Below, in pieces: positions 27,205 to 39,147 of a stretch of 64,000 bases of DNA. The stretch spans positions 12,400,001 to 12,464,000 of the forward strand of contig OZ234494.1 of assembly GCA_965153455.1 (NCBI GenBank), read 5' to 3'. Each line of letters opens with the position of its first letter. The stretch's first letter is position 1. The position numbers and the translations under genes were made by a program. The stretch comes from Sphagnum compactum. Taxonomy: Eukaryota. A model generated the notes under the pieces. The model had not been told where the DNA came from and made no database searches. It worked only from the letters and a program-made list of their open reading frames with translations.

Positions 27205-27782
27205 TCCCCCTAAAAAATATTTTAAAAATTCCAGTTCCTGTTCTAGAACTCAGTACCGGTTTGGTTCCAGTTCCAGAACCGGATCCAGTTTTAAAACCTG
27301 ATTCTGGTTATGGTTCCAGAAATCAGACCCAGTTCTAGTTCAGCTTTTACTAGTCGGAACCAGAACCGGTAGTTTTAACCGGCCCAACAGTGGTCCTTGC
27401 GATACTAGAAGCACTCTGATGATATCCGTACATCACGGGTAAAAGCGGGTTCCAAAAATGCCAAATAACCGGCCAGGAAGGAATGCTTGAAATTTGCATT
27501 TAGGGCAGAACAAGGAGCTCAGGAGTGCGCTTTGCAGAGAAAGGTCGCGGGGGTGTGGCCATCGCCCGCGCTTCTCTCTTCTTGTCGACCGCTGCTCCTC
27601 AATTAGGCTCCAAATTCAGAGACTTTGATGTTCACCAGCTTCATCCTCAAGAGAGAGTGATGGTGGGCAGGCATTCGGGCGGCTGTAAATTGTCTGCTCC
27701 ATCGTCGTGTCAAAAAATCCGTGGTGAAGAGAAATTCGGGCCGATGTGATTGATTTCCGTCCTCGTAGAAAACAACACAGAG

Positions 27783-30763
27783 ATGGCAACGCTCCAGCAG
27801 GCTTGTTTCCTAGGAATCTCTCAAGTTTTCTCTGACAATCGTCGTCGACGGCTGTCGGTAACATCTTCGGTTATCCGATGTTCGCTACGTCGAACTCTTG
27901 CGGCTGGTTTTGAGGTAACAGATTGTGTGGACAGGTTGCCGGCGATGATCCTTGGAAGCCGATGTTGTTGTTGTTGTTGCGAGTATCCCTGTTTGCGGAG
28001 GAGGCGACTTGCGGGGAGGGTTTGCGTGAACCACAGGAGGACGAGGAGAGCAGTAGTAGATGCGAGTATTGGCGGAGAGTACGGCGAGCGTTGGAGCGAC
28101 TTGATTGCCACCACGACAACGGCCGCTGTGGCAACGACATTGGCAGCCACTACGAATGAAGACGGAGCCACGGTTCCCACCCCTCTTCCTCTGTCACTAG
28201 AAGAAGTACAATCCAGACCTCTTCTTGGAAGCTGGAAACCACCACGTTACTTGTGGCGAGCTATAGCGGCATTCATTATTGCAGGCCAGGTTAGCTTTTG
28301 CTTCTTCCTTATCTCTCCGCCCTACTCACCGATCTCAGGCACAATTTTCCATCTTCTTTTTGCAACATAAGTCTATGCAGAGGTTTTTTGCATTGAAATG
28401 ACCTTGAGAGGTTAGAATGGCTGGTCTCTCAAGGTCATCCATTTGATGGTAGCCAAGGTAATGTGGTTTCTTTGGAACACCTTTCCTTCCAGTTGCAACA
28501 CAAAATTCCTGAGTTGGAGAGGTTGAATTGGAGAGAACTAGAGATGCTAACTATTGCTGGTCAATTGCAGGTAGTAATAAGATCCATTACAGGCAGGGTT
28601 CATGTCCGGAACACCTTACAGCAGCTTGAGCTTATTGGACCACGATCGCTTGGTGTCAGCCTCCTCACAGCTTCGTTTGTTGGGATGGTTTTTACAATTC
28701 AGGTACATTGCACTTTGTTCCATGCTTTTGTTCACTCAATAGGTAAAACTTGTACTTGTTGATGACTTCCTGCAAATAATTAGCTTTGGGTAAACTAGCT
28801 GGTCATGAGGAGGCATGAGAGGGAAAGGAGAAGAATGACATCATGTCTGCCAAGAAGCATGAGTATGTGTTTTTCACTTAACAGTGGCTACTTCCATTCT
28901 GAATGAAAACATTTTCTACTCTTACTCTGGTGGACATTGTGGTTGCTGAAAACTTCCACAAGGATTCAGAAGCGCCTCAAGTCTGACCTTTGGGTTTACT
29001 CATAGACCCACTTTAGCACTAGGATAACAGCCAGGAGCCATTACTCACTGGGCTATTGATGCAAACCTAGTGGAGAGATAAACATTGGGAAATCCAGGTA
29101 AGCTGAAATTCACATTTCAGGTTGCCCTCAAGAAATTCTTGCAATTGGAATTTGCACTTCCTGTTTCCAGTGAAATGGACCATCACAGCTAAGTTGAGAT
29201 AATTTTTTAACCAGCAGTGTTCAAGAAACGAAATCTTTTCCTGGATCCAGTCTCAGTGCAAAACATGAGATTTTGATGCCTGGCAGTTTGCATCCATCTT
29301 GCAATAAATAAATACAAATATTCAATAATGGCTGAACATTCAGGAGGTTTGGCTTACAGTTTGTGCGAGAGTTTGCAAGGCTGGGGCTGACAAGGTCTGT
29401 TGGAGGTGTGCTGTCTCTGGCTCTGGCAAGAGAGCTTTCCCCTGTAGTGACTGCCATCATCATGGCTGGCAGAGTTGGCAGTGCATTCGCTGCAGAGCTT
29501 GGCACCATGCAGGTACCTAGTGCATTTTTATTGTCTTCATGGAACAATTGGTGCAAAGTTGTAGTAATTTGTTGTTTTCTTTAGATGCTCCTATTACCAA
29601 GGGGTTTACACAGTATATGAGTTGTTGGGGCTCCTTCTTTGGCTTCTTCTTCTATGGTTTAAAAGGACATTTTTCTTGTCTTAAGATAAAAAATTCTGCA
29701 ATGGACTGCTTATTATCAACTTGGGAGTTGACATGCCCAAGTTTTCTGCACTAAGATTAGGAGGCCAAACTCTATCTAGGCTTTTGGAATAAGTTTCATC
29801 TCTCTCTCTAATCTTCCCTCAACCTCCAATCTACTTGCTGATCTACACTAGTTTTATGAAGGCACTTTGGAGAAGGAATGAACAAGCTGTGGATTTCACC
29901 AGGGAGATGCAGTGCCTCTGCTAGTGTGAACAACTAGAGAGCATATGGATTCTCCTTGGGCAACCTCATGGAGTTGGGAAATCAAGTGTCCTTCTCAGTC
30001 TGCATTCTGCATTTTTAGGTGAGGCATCCATGGCAAATGCCTGTTTTGGGATGGCCTCTTGTTGGCTGAAGAGTTTGGATATTTCACTCGTCACAAACTG
30101 TGTTACCTGGCTTAGGCATTTTTGGTTAGGATAGAGCACTTTTGGTTCCAGGATGATTTATGCTATTCTACTCTCTGGTCTGTTGACTCTTGGAGTGTCC
30201 CTGAACACCAATCATGTTTCTTTTCTTCTTGCTTTCTGATTCTGTTTTGTTGCCGGTTGCTGTGTTGTCGGTGTTTGCTTTACACATTTTAGAACTGAAG
30301 CTGATTCTTTTCTGTTTGCATCCAGGTGTCAGAGCAGACAGATACTTTGCGAGTCCTAAGAACAGATCCTGTGGATTACCTGGTGACTCCTAGGGTGATT
30401 GCATCCTGTATCTCTTTGCCCATTTTGACTGTCATGTGCTTCTCAGTAGCCATGGCTGCAAGTGTGCTGCTTGCAGATGCAGTGTACAATGTGAGCTCCA
30501 ACATCATCTTGGAGTCAGCAGCTAGGGCTCTGCAACCCTGGGATCTTATCAGCACTATGATAAAATCAGTTGTGTTTGGGGGTATTATCTCTGTTGTCAG
30601 CTGTACATGGGGCGTCACTACCCTAGGGGGTGCAAAGGGTGTTGGAGAATCAACCACTTCAGCTGTTGTCATTTCTTTGGTGTGCATCTTCATAGCTGAC
30701 TTCATACTTTCTTGGCTCTTCTTCCAAGGAGCTGGAGATGCATTGAAGGCTGCCATGGGCTAA
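27783..30763 (+). CDS. TGD1: TRIGALACTOSYLDIACYLGLYCEROL 1-like plastid envelope ABC transporter permease (MlaE family); 4 exons: 27783-28289, 28571-28702, 29360-29512, 30326-30763
   Basis: In-frame GT-AG splicing. A transit-peptide-like N-terminus is followed by [101 protein letters not shown] and GGAKGVGESTTSAVV. Stop TAA at 30761-30763. Confidence 0.95.
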
Positions 30764-31412
30764 ACTTTTGCTTAGGTACTCAATTTACTATTCCTCAATT
30801 CCATTTTTTCTGGTGCTCTCAACTTTGGAATGTTGGTGTTCCAAAGTTGAAAAGTACCAAGTCTGACAGTTGTGCAGTAAAGAAAGCCACAAAAGTCCAG
30901 GCTCAAGTACATAACATTGGTCCATTCACTTTCTTTGTCTTGCTCTTCCTCTCTCTCACCCTTTGTCTTCTGCTCCATTTTTGTGCTATGGCATACAAAA
31001 CTAGAGCAGAAGGTGTGGAGTCAACAACACCTTTGAATGCACTAACACAGTTACTGTGCAAGTGTATTTTGGTATTTAAATGGCTGGGAGTTGGCATTCA
31101 CATGCCAGTGATGTTCTGCCAGCACACTCCTTTGGACATTGCTACATGGTTTTTAGGTTTGAGTACAGGCCATGACATTTTGAGGCTGCGTGTTGCTGCT
31201 TATGTGAAGCTTTAAGATGATCAAACCTACCAGGCCGTGCAGGAGAAGATTGTAGTTTTACATCAAGAGATCAGGATTAGAAAGTGGTTCCATATGCAGT
31301 GTTTCTACCAGACCAATTCATGAGTCGTTGAGGGATTAGGACTCCAATTTCCCTCTGCATTTTTGAGCTTTTGAAGAGAAGATCCACCCCCATCTAGTAC
31401 TTGGGGCTCTAC

Positions 31413-31700
31413 CAGGGTTTTTTCTTAAATAAAGTGTTGTGTGATGTAGCCAAACTTCACAGGAAGATTTAGCCAAATTTGGCTATAAACCAGATGCGAA
31501 AGTAGAAAAATCTAATAATCCTTTTATATTTTTTCTCTACCTTTTAGAAGTTAGAACCCGGTGTAGAAATCAGTTGATTTTTTATTATAAAATTTGGAAT
31601 CTGGCGAATTAAGGTCATTTCTTTCACAAAATTCGTTTGTATGTGTTGGACTCATATTTTTTAGGTTGAAAAAAAAGGAAAAATGCACCAAAAAACACAG
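31413..31700. mobile_element. hAT-like MITE
   Basis: Termini CAGGGTTTTTT ... AAAAAACACAG. The 8-bp flanks GGCTCTAC (31405-31412) and GCCTCTAC (31701-31708) match at 7 of 8 positions, the TSD length typical of hAT elements. Confidence 0.65.
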
Positions 31701-31987
31701 GCCTCTACTAGTGCCTATGTGTCTAATAGGTGCAGAATAGTGTGCACGTTGTGTGCTGCTCCTCACACCAAAATGAAATTCTGGACGATGGGACATTGTA
31801 GAGTGAGGATTAGGTGAATGTCACTCACTATAGGGATCAATCATTCTGATTGGGCAATCAAAGCCAATTATATTTCTTTACTGGCCGTTTGGAAAAGCAT
31901 TGAATGCTGTGCTATATTTTGCTTTTAGAAAGCACTAAATCGTGTGCATATTTTTATAGGTGCAAATTCAGTTTCACATTATTTAAA

Positions 31988-32234
31988 AGAGTTATTGGTA
32001 AAGTCACCCTATCTTAACCAAGTATTTGGGCGTGCTTTCACCCCCTATCCTGTCTTTCAGTGGTATCCGCAAAGTAAGGAAATTTTATTAAATCTCAGTA
32101 TGAAATGCTGAAACTCGGCATTTAATGCACAAGGTTTGAGAGTAATTATAGCAGGCGTACAGGTAGGAACAGGGAAAATATATGTAAGAGCAGTGGAGGC
32201 GCTCAGGAAAAAGGAAAGACAAGATGCAACTCAG
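31988..32234 (-). mobile_element. Inverted, partial copy of the MITE at 34163-34443
   Basis: GTATCCGCAAAGTAAGGAAATTTTATTAAATCTCAGTATGAAATGCTGAAACTC...GCATTTAATGCACAAGGTT closely matches the reverse complement of 34216-34416. Confidence 0.7.
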
Positions 32235-33164
32235 TTTACAACCAAAATTGGTGGAGAAACTAGTTTGGGTCCCAGTTATTTTGTTTTGTAAAATTTTCAT
32301 TCCCAGTCACATGTTTGATGCCCTATTAAGCCGAAAGTGGCCGTTCTCGCTCCCTAGTCGCCTTGATTTATGGATCACTCTAATGCCCAAGTTTCATTCA
32401 AATCATTGCCTAGAGGCCAACTGGTGCACTTGCTCTTCGACATATGGAAGAAGATCACCCACAATGATAGTTGACCAAAATTTTGTGATGTACCCAAAAG
32501 ATCAAAGATCTGAAAAACTCAATTTTCAACGACCAAATCTTGCATGGCATTTACAAACCAGTTTGATCTTCTAGGCTTCAAAGTGCAGAATCATTTTAAT
32601 GAGGAAAATACTTTTGGTGTTCAAGATTGAAAGGCCAAGGTACTTTGGGTTTTAATCATATTATTTTTACCTTATGGATTTACCCCAAGTTAATTGTGGT
32701 TTAGTCTTATGATTTGTCCACATAGTGCACATTGCACAATTACACTTACCTTTATACTATGCCTTCTATTTATCAATCATTGAATCATTTTCCACTTTTG
32801 AACACCCCCTTTCAAAAGGAGGGTTTCAATTGATACAAGCTTGTTTCATTGGATGCTAAAAAATCGTATTCCCAACAATGTTTAGTTCTACTTCTTGCAA
32901 TGTTAATGCCCATTTCTCATATTGAGAAAGCACATAATCATTTCAATTTGGGTTTTCTAATATAAATTGACATAAGTTTCAATTTGGTTACCTATGTGAA
33001 TTTGACTTCAATTCTATCACCTATTCTAGAGATGGGTGTAGAGGTGGAATTGTGACCCTCCAGTTGTTTGAGCATTTCATGAAAAACATATTGGTACTGG
33101 ACAATGGTCAGAGTTAACTGAACAGCTACCAGAACACCATCCATTGGAATCCTGTTATGATTCA

Positions 33165-33830
33165 GTGGCAGATGAACCCAACTGAGTTCACCTGAACTCA
33201 GTTAGGTTTCACCTAGGTAACCTATCCTTTAGAAGGATAGGTCTAAAGGATAGGTCAGGTTAGATAGGATAATACATGGTTAGTACAAAAATAAATAGGA
33301 TAATACATGGTTACTAGAGGTAAGTAGATGCATGTAGACTGTCAATACATAGGTAAAGATTAAAAGGTTGTTAGTAAATAGTCAGTAGAAACACAAATTG
33401 AGCTAACCACTGTGGTTAGCTAGGGATATGGAACCCAATGAAAAAGTGTTTCCTGTCCACCCGCCATCCATCTCATAGTGCACTTGTGGCTGTTGGTTCA
33501 TTGCGGCCCAGGAAAGGCTACAACATATCAGTCACTATAACTGCACCTCTCACAAGGGCCAGAGTTAACCAGCACTCACCAGCAGACCATCAATTGCATC
33601 CAGTTACGAGCAGTGTAAGGGTGGGTATTAGAAACTGCACCAAACCCTGTTGGGTATGGATGGATCCGGGTATCAGAGTTGATAACCACGGCAACTCAGC
33701 TAACTCTGAGCTAACCACAGTGAATTGGCTAGGGAAATTGAACTCAATTGAAAAAAGTATTTCCTGTCCACTTACCATCCATCCTTTGTGATGGTGCGTG
33801 CTACTGATGTGTGCTGGTTTGCTCTGGCCT
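33165..33830 (+). repeat. Dispersed repeat family copies 2-3 (same family as 10465-10925)
   Basis: GAGCTAACCACTGTGGTTAGCTAGGGATATGGAACCCAATGAAAAAGTGTTTCCTGTCCAC (33400-33460), with a second partial copy at 33708-33830. Confidence 0.7.
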
Positions 33831-34162
33831 CTTATGTGCTGCTATTTGCAGCAAGTAACGGACCTGTTGCAGTTTGCACCAATTATAACGGTCTATCAGC
33901 GGCTTGGGTATAAGCTGCATGACTTTACGGGCTATATGGTAGGTCCCCCATGTGCAGGGAAATTCAAAAAATTCAAATTCAAGAGCCCCCCAAAAATGCC
34001 TCCCTCCCCTACTCCACTTCCCCTTCCAATGGTGGAGGTGTGTGTAGTGCACAATGTAGCTTAAGGCTATATATATATATTTAAAATTTTGAAATTGAGT
34101 GTTTTACTACTTCTCCTTCCACTGGTTTTCATTTTTGAAACTTGCAAAAACCTCTCATATAT

Positions 34163-34443
34163 TAGAGATATCCGTAAAGTCAGGAAAAGACAACACCAGT
34201 ACCCTGAATGGTTTTCTGAGTTTCACCCTGTCTTTCTTCTTTTACCATGAGCGTCTCCACTTCTCCTACTATAATTCCTCTCGAACCTTGTGCATTAAAT
34301 GCTGAGATTCAGCATTTCGTACTTGAGTTTCAGCACTTCATACTGAGATTTAATAAAATTTCATTACTTTACGGATACTTACACGGGAGTGGTTAGGGGG
34401 TGAAAGGAGGCCCAAAGACAGGGTGAATTTGCGGAAATCTCTA
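34163..34443. mobile_element. MITE with ~20-bp TIRs (TA-flanked, Tc1/mariner-like)
   Basis: TAGAGATATCCGTAAAGTCA (34163-34182) and TGAATTTGCGGAAATCTCTA (34424-34443) are complementary at 17 of 20 positions. The terminal TA dinucleotides could be the TSD. Confidence 0.65.
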
Positions 34444-34719
34444 TTGTTTAAGCTTATAACCAAATTTGGCTAAATCTTCTTATGGCTGAGGGTCACCTTG
34501 ACAGCATCACAAAAGTTTCGTTTACCCGTTGGCTTATGGTTCTGGATTAAGTGATCTTTGATTCATTTGACTATTCCGCATTGATATATGCCTGTTGAAG
34601 TGTCCATGCAGACAAATGTTTTGGACAGTACAGCTTTTGCACGTCTGTTGATGATGTCTGAACCCTGAACTCTGAACACTCTTTTATTCCATTGGGGGGG
34701 GGGGGGGGGGGAGAGGGAA

Positions 34720-34950
34720 TGGCCAGAGTGAATCAGCAGCACCCACTAGCACATGATGCAAGATGGATGGTTTGTGGACAGGATAACACTTTTTCATTCT
34801 GTTCCTGTCCCAGAGCTAACCAGAGTGGTTAGTTATGTACTAACCATGCACATGTATCTACCTACCTAGTAGCCAGCAAGTGCCTTTACATACTTAGTTA
34901 CCTACATGGTAACCTTTTCAATTCCTTACCTTCTTACCTATGTTACTTAT
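34720..34950 (-). repeat. Dispersed repeat family copy 4 (inverted)
   Basis: GGCCAGAGTGAATCAGCAGC...GATGGATGG...GTGGACAGGATAACACTTTTTCATT...CTAACCAGAGTGGTTAG is the reverse complement of the family core. Confidence 0.65.
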
Positions 34951-34969
34951 TACCCAACTATTTTTTGTG

Positions 34970-35360
34970 GAGAGAAACTTGTTAAAATGTGTTTTTTCCA
35001 AGTGAAAAACGTTTTAGGTATTTTTCGTGAAGAATTTTGAAATTTGGAGGAAAGCTTAGACAATTGTGTTTTTCCAGTCTAAAATGTGTTTCGGTGGCGA
35101 TATTTCTTTATTTTTCTGATATTTTATTTAAAGACTCTTGGACAACCGAGTGTTTTTGCAGTGTAAGTTTTGTTAGGTGATTTTTCTTTAGTGGCGAATT
35201 TTCGCTATTTCGTGAAAAAAATAAAATTAGAAAAACTTGGACAAACATGTATTTTCAGTGCAAAAAGTGTTGAGGTGATTTTTGTCCTGACAAATGTAGC
35301 TACTATTTTTTGAGAGAAAACTTGGACCAATTTGTGTTTTTCCAGTATAAAATGTGTATT
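34970..35360. repeat. Degenerate direct repeat array (5 units, ~75-100 bp spacing) upstream of the GH17 gene
   Basis: An AAACTTGGACAA..TGTGTTTTTCCAGTGTAAAA-like motif at ~34975, 35050, 35132, 35230 and 35316. Confidence 0.6.
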
Positions 35361-35946
35361 CTCAGCCAAAGAAAATCGCTACTTTTTGCAAGATGAAAAA
35401 TTTTAAGTAAAAAAATTAATTAAAAAATTAACTTAAAATAGTAGATTAGTTTTTTGAAAATAAAAATAACACTAAACACACACATACAATGTCCACTCTC
35501 ACCGTTAGAACTTAGATTAGGCACTCCAAAAAAAGACCCAAGATTTAAAAACAGAAAACAGGAGGAAAAAAAAACAGAAAAAGAAAAGACAAGAAACGAA
35601 CGAAGACGAAGAAGAACAAGAACAAGTCTTTGGTGGCGTCTTTCGTCGCGTACTCTTCTCTGCTGCTGCTTCTTGTTGCCGCTGCAGCTATGCGCTTCCT
35701 CTGCTGCCACGTTCTGTCTCGATTATGGCGCACTTTGCTTCTTTCTCTCGTCGTCGTCGTCGGAGGAGGAGGAGGAGGAGCAAGTGTAGTAGACTAGTGA
35801 TAGTAGTCTTTTGTGCTCAGATTCTCATGTAAATAGTGTTTTGGTTTCCTAGCATTGCTTCTTCTTCTTCTGCAGCTTCTTTGACGACTTCTTCATTGCT
35901 CCAGTTGTTTATTCTTTGTATTGGATTCTCGGGTTTGTTCAAAACC

Positions 35947-38489
35947 ATGCCTCCTGCTCCAGCTGCGCTCTCGCGCCTGCTTTTTCTTTCAGTTTTCCGC
36001 GTCGCGACTTGCGTTTCGCTCGTTTGCTTGCTCTCTTCCTCTCTTGCAGGTTAGTGATCAGACTCGTCGGAGTGGGTCGATGGGGGTATACGCACTACTC
36101 TCTCACGCCTTCTTCTTTCTTTTGTTGTTGTTGTTGTTGGTTCTACACCTCACCCATTAGCTTGTTTGTGGTTTTTCACATGTACCCTTGGTGCATACTC
36201 CCTCCCTGAATGTTTTGTGTAATAATGGAGGAGAGTGAAGAAGCTCTCAAAGCTCTCTTTCATGCATCCTCACGATGGGTTAGGTGGTGGCTTTCACGTG
36301 ATTCTCCATAGGAACACTCCGAGGTTCAGACTGTATACTTGAGTAGTATTCTCTTTGGCTATGGTTTTCCTCATCAGGCAGCAAAGTTTGGATTCCGAGC
36401 GAGTTCAGCTTTTTTGCAAAAAAAAAGAATAACCGCAAGTAGGAAAAAGAGTCATCTATTGAGGAAAGGTTCTTAACTCTAATCTCTCTTTTGATGTTGT
36501 GCAGATGCTGACTCTATTGGAGTAGTGTATGGACGGAATGGTAACAACCTACCAACACCACAACAAGCAGCACAACTGATGCAGGACAATGTCCTAACGA
36601 GAGTCAGAATCTATGATCATGATGCAACTGTGATTCAAGCTTTTTCTCTCACACAGATTAGGGTAATCATTGGGGTTATGAATAATGAGATACCAAACAT
36701 CGCCAATTCGCAACAAGTGGCGGATTCGTGGATTGCTGATAATGTAGCTGCTTACATTAACCTCACCAACATCAATGCCATAGCTGTTGGCTCAGATGTG
36801 CTCACAGCTGCCAGCAATGTCTCCTCATTTCTTGTCCCAGCAATGCAGAATTTGTACAATGCATTGGTATCTCAAGGGATGAATCGATCAGTGAAAGTGT
36901 CTACCCCGATGAATTTGGAGATTTTGGAGGTTTCATATCCGCCTTCAGCTGGTGTGTTCTATAGTAGCCTTGTGCCAGTACTACAGCCATTGCTGGCCTT
37001 CCTCACAGCAACAGATTCGTTTTTCATGCTCAATGTGTATCCATTCCTGTCCTACGAGTACAGTCCCAGTAGCATCTCTTTGAGCTATGCCGTGTTCAAT
37101 TTCACTACAGGCATCCTGGATCAGGGCAGTAATCTCACATATTATAGTCTATATGATGCTCAAGTTGATGCACTCATCTCTGCCATGGCAGCTCTCAATT
37201 ATAGTTCTCTCACAGTGACAGTGACAGAAACTGGGTGGCCTTCAACAGGCGCTTTAAATGAGTCTGCAGCAAAGTTTGACAATGCTAATGCTTATCTCTC
37301 CAACCTGGTGAGGATCACTCAAACTAATGCTGGGACACCTCTAAGACCTGGCCAGGAGATTGATGCATACATCTATGACCTCTATGATGAAGATCTGAAT
37401 GCAGGGCAAATGTCAAACCGAAACTATGGACTCTTTTATGCAAATGGGACCAGTAAGTATGACATCAATTTTGTTACTGGAACTGTAGGAGGTAGATCAC
37501 CATCAGTGCCACCTTCAGGACCAGCTTCAGGACCAGGATCAGTACCACCTGGTGTGGGAAGTGGACAACCGCCAGCAACCCCAAGTGATACGCTTGACTG
37601 GTGTGTGGCAAAGCCTAGTGCAACCAACAGCAGCTTGCAACAGGGCTTGGATTGGGCATGTGGACCAGGACTAGCTAATTGTGGTCCTATACAGCGAGGA
37701 GGCGCCTGCTATTTACCCGATACTCTACTATCACATGCTTCCTATGCATTTAACATCCACTACCACTACTTCCAAACAGACTCAAGGTCATGTATTTTCG
37801 GTGGTGATGCAGAGCTGACGAATGTTGATCCTAGTGAGTAGTACACTTTCTGACTCTCTTTAAGTCTTGAGGGGTGGGGTTGACATCTGCTTATTTGCCT
37901 TGTTTCAGATGCTTGTTTGTGCAACATTCTGGTGACATTTCTACATAACAGAGCTGTTCTCTTAACAGATTGATTTTGGACCTTTTTGCAGGCTATGGAT
38001 CATGCTATTATGTAGCAAGGTAAATTCCTTTTTCTCTATCTTGCATTCATTAAATGGAGAATTCAAGCACATTTTAGTTTAATTTTAGGAGCTGCTTCAG
38101 TAGACAGCATCTAATGATGCATTGCACTTTGGTGGTTTAAAACAACTTGCAGAGGTTTTTCTGTCAGCAGAGGTTTAGGGCATCTTATATAAATCATGAG
38201 TCAGGGGAGCTGGATGAGACCTTTGGGCAAAGGAGCACAAATTTGTTCCAAAACTCAATTTTTTTGGTTTCAATTTTGGATCACAAATTGAGCTGCTGCA
38301 GCACTATTTCACATCTGTAGTGAGTTTTGAAACACTGTAGCATACAGGAATGTCTGCTGATATACCTTATCAATTTGTGTGTCTCTGTGCAGCCAAGCAA
38401 CAAATGTGGAGGGATCACGATTCACACAGTGTTGTTGGATTCTTCTCACTTTCGCAGTTGTGACTATGGTACTCTTCCTAACAGTGTAG
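35947..38489 (+). CDS. GH17 glucan endo-1,3-beta-glucosidase-like protein with Pro/Gly linker, X8 (CBM43) domain and GPI-type C-terminus; 4 exons: 35947-36049, 36505-37833, 37992-38019, 38393-38489
   Basis: A signal-peptide exon is followed by a phase-1 intron. Motifs: IGVVYGRNGNNLP, RVRIYD, SYPPSAG, FMLNVYPF, VTETGWPS, YDEDL, YGLF. The X8 domain runs WCVAKP..LQQGLDWACG..CGPIQRGGACY..SHASYAFN..C.FGG..DPSYGSCYY. A hydrophobic tail WILLTFAVVTMVLFLTV ends at TAG 38487-38489. Confidence 0.93.
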
Positions 38490-39123
38490 TTATCAAGTGA
38501 GGTAGCCTGAGGTTGTTGGTTCCCATATCACTTTTGCAATACCGTCACCAACAAAAAGCCAATCTTTACGAATGCTTTTGGGAAGTAATCCATAGCTCTT
38601 ATTGACCACCCAGAAGTAGATGATCCCTCTTTGCAGAGCATATCCAGGCAATTTTTTAAAAATGCTTGCATAAATTTCAGACTGATGCTGAAAGAAGACT
38701 GAATAAAATAAGAACTAGAATATGGAGGTCTCAGAGGCCAAAACAGAGAGCTCCTTGTTGCTCCTTACTTTAGTGTAAATTTCAAGCTCCTTCTGTGCAG
38801 GAGATTGTGGGAATTGGGAGCAATACAGTGCAAGAGCAAAGTAGAAAATAAGCTAGAGTTGAGACCTGGAGGTCTGAGACCAGGAAGGTTGATTCTCCTG
38901 CACTCTGCTCATCTGCTCCCCACTGTCACCATTTTTGTTCAATTAGAGGTGGCTGTGAGCTACTCCCCCATGCTAATGTCCTGTATATGCGTATGAATTG
39001 CTGTTGATTTCGAGTGTTTGGTGAACTTGTTTAAGGTGTAACCATCTTGCATACATATCAAGTAGTGCTATTGGTAAGGACAACATTGGGTGTCTCCAAA
39101 GACCCATCCAATAAATACTCCCA

Positions 39124-39147
39124 CTAAACCCTAAACCTTAAACCCTA
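39124..39147. repeat. Short interstitial telomeric repeat tract
   Basis: CTAAACCCTAAACCTTAAACCCTA. Confidence 0.7.

Noticed and set aside
35420-35830. ORFs upstream of the GH17 gene
   Set aside because: Low-complexity 5' UTR/promoter microsatellites (GAA, CTG, GAG); the plausible start is the signal-peptide ATG at 35947.
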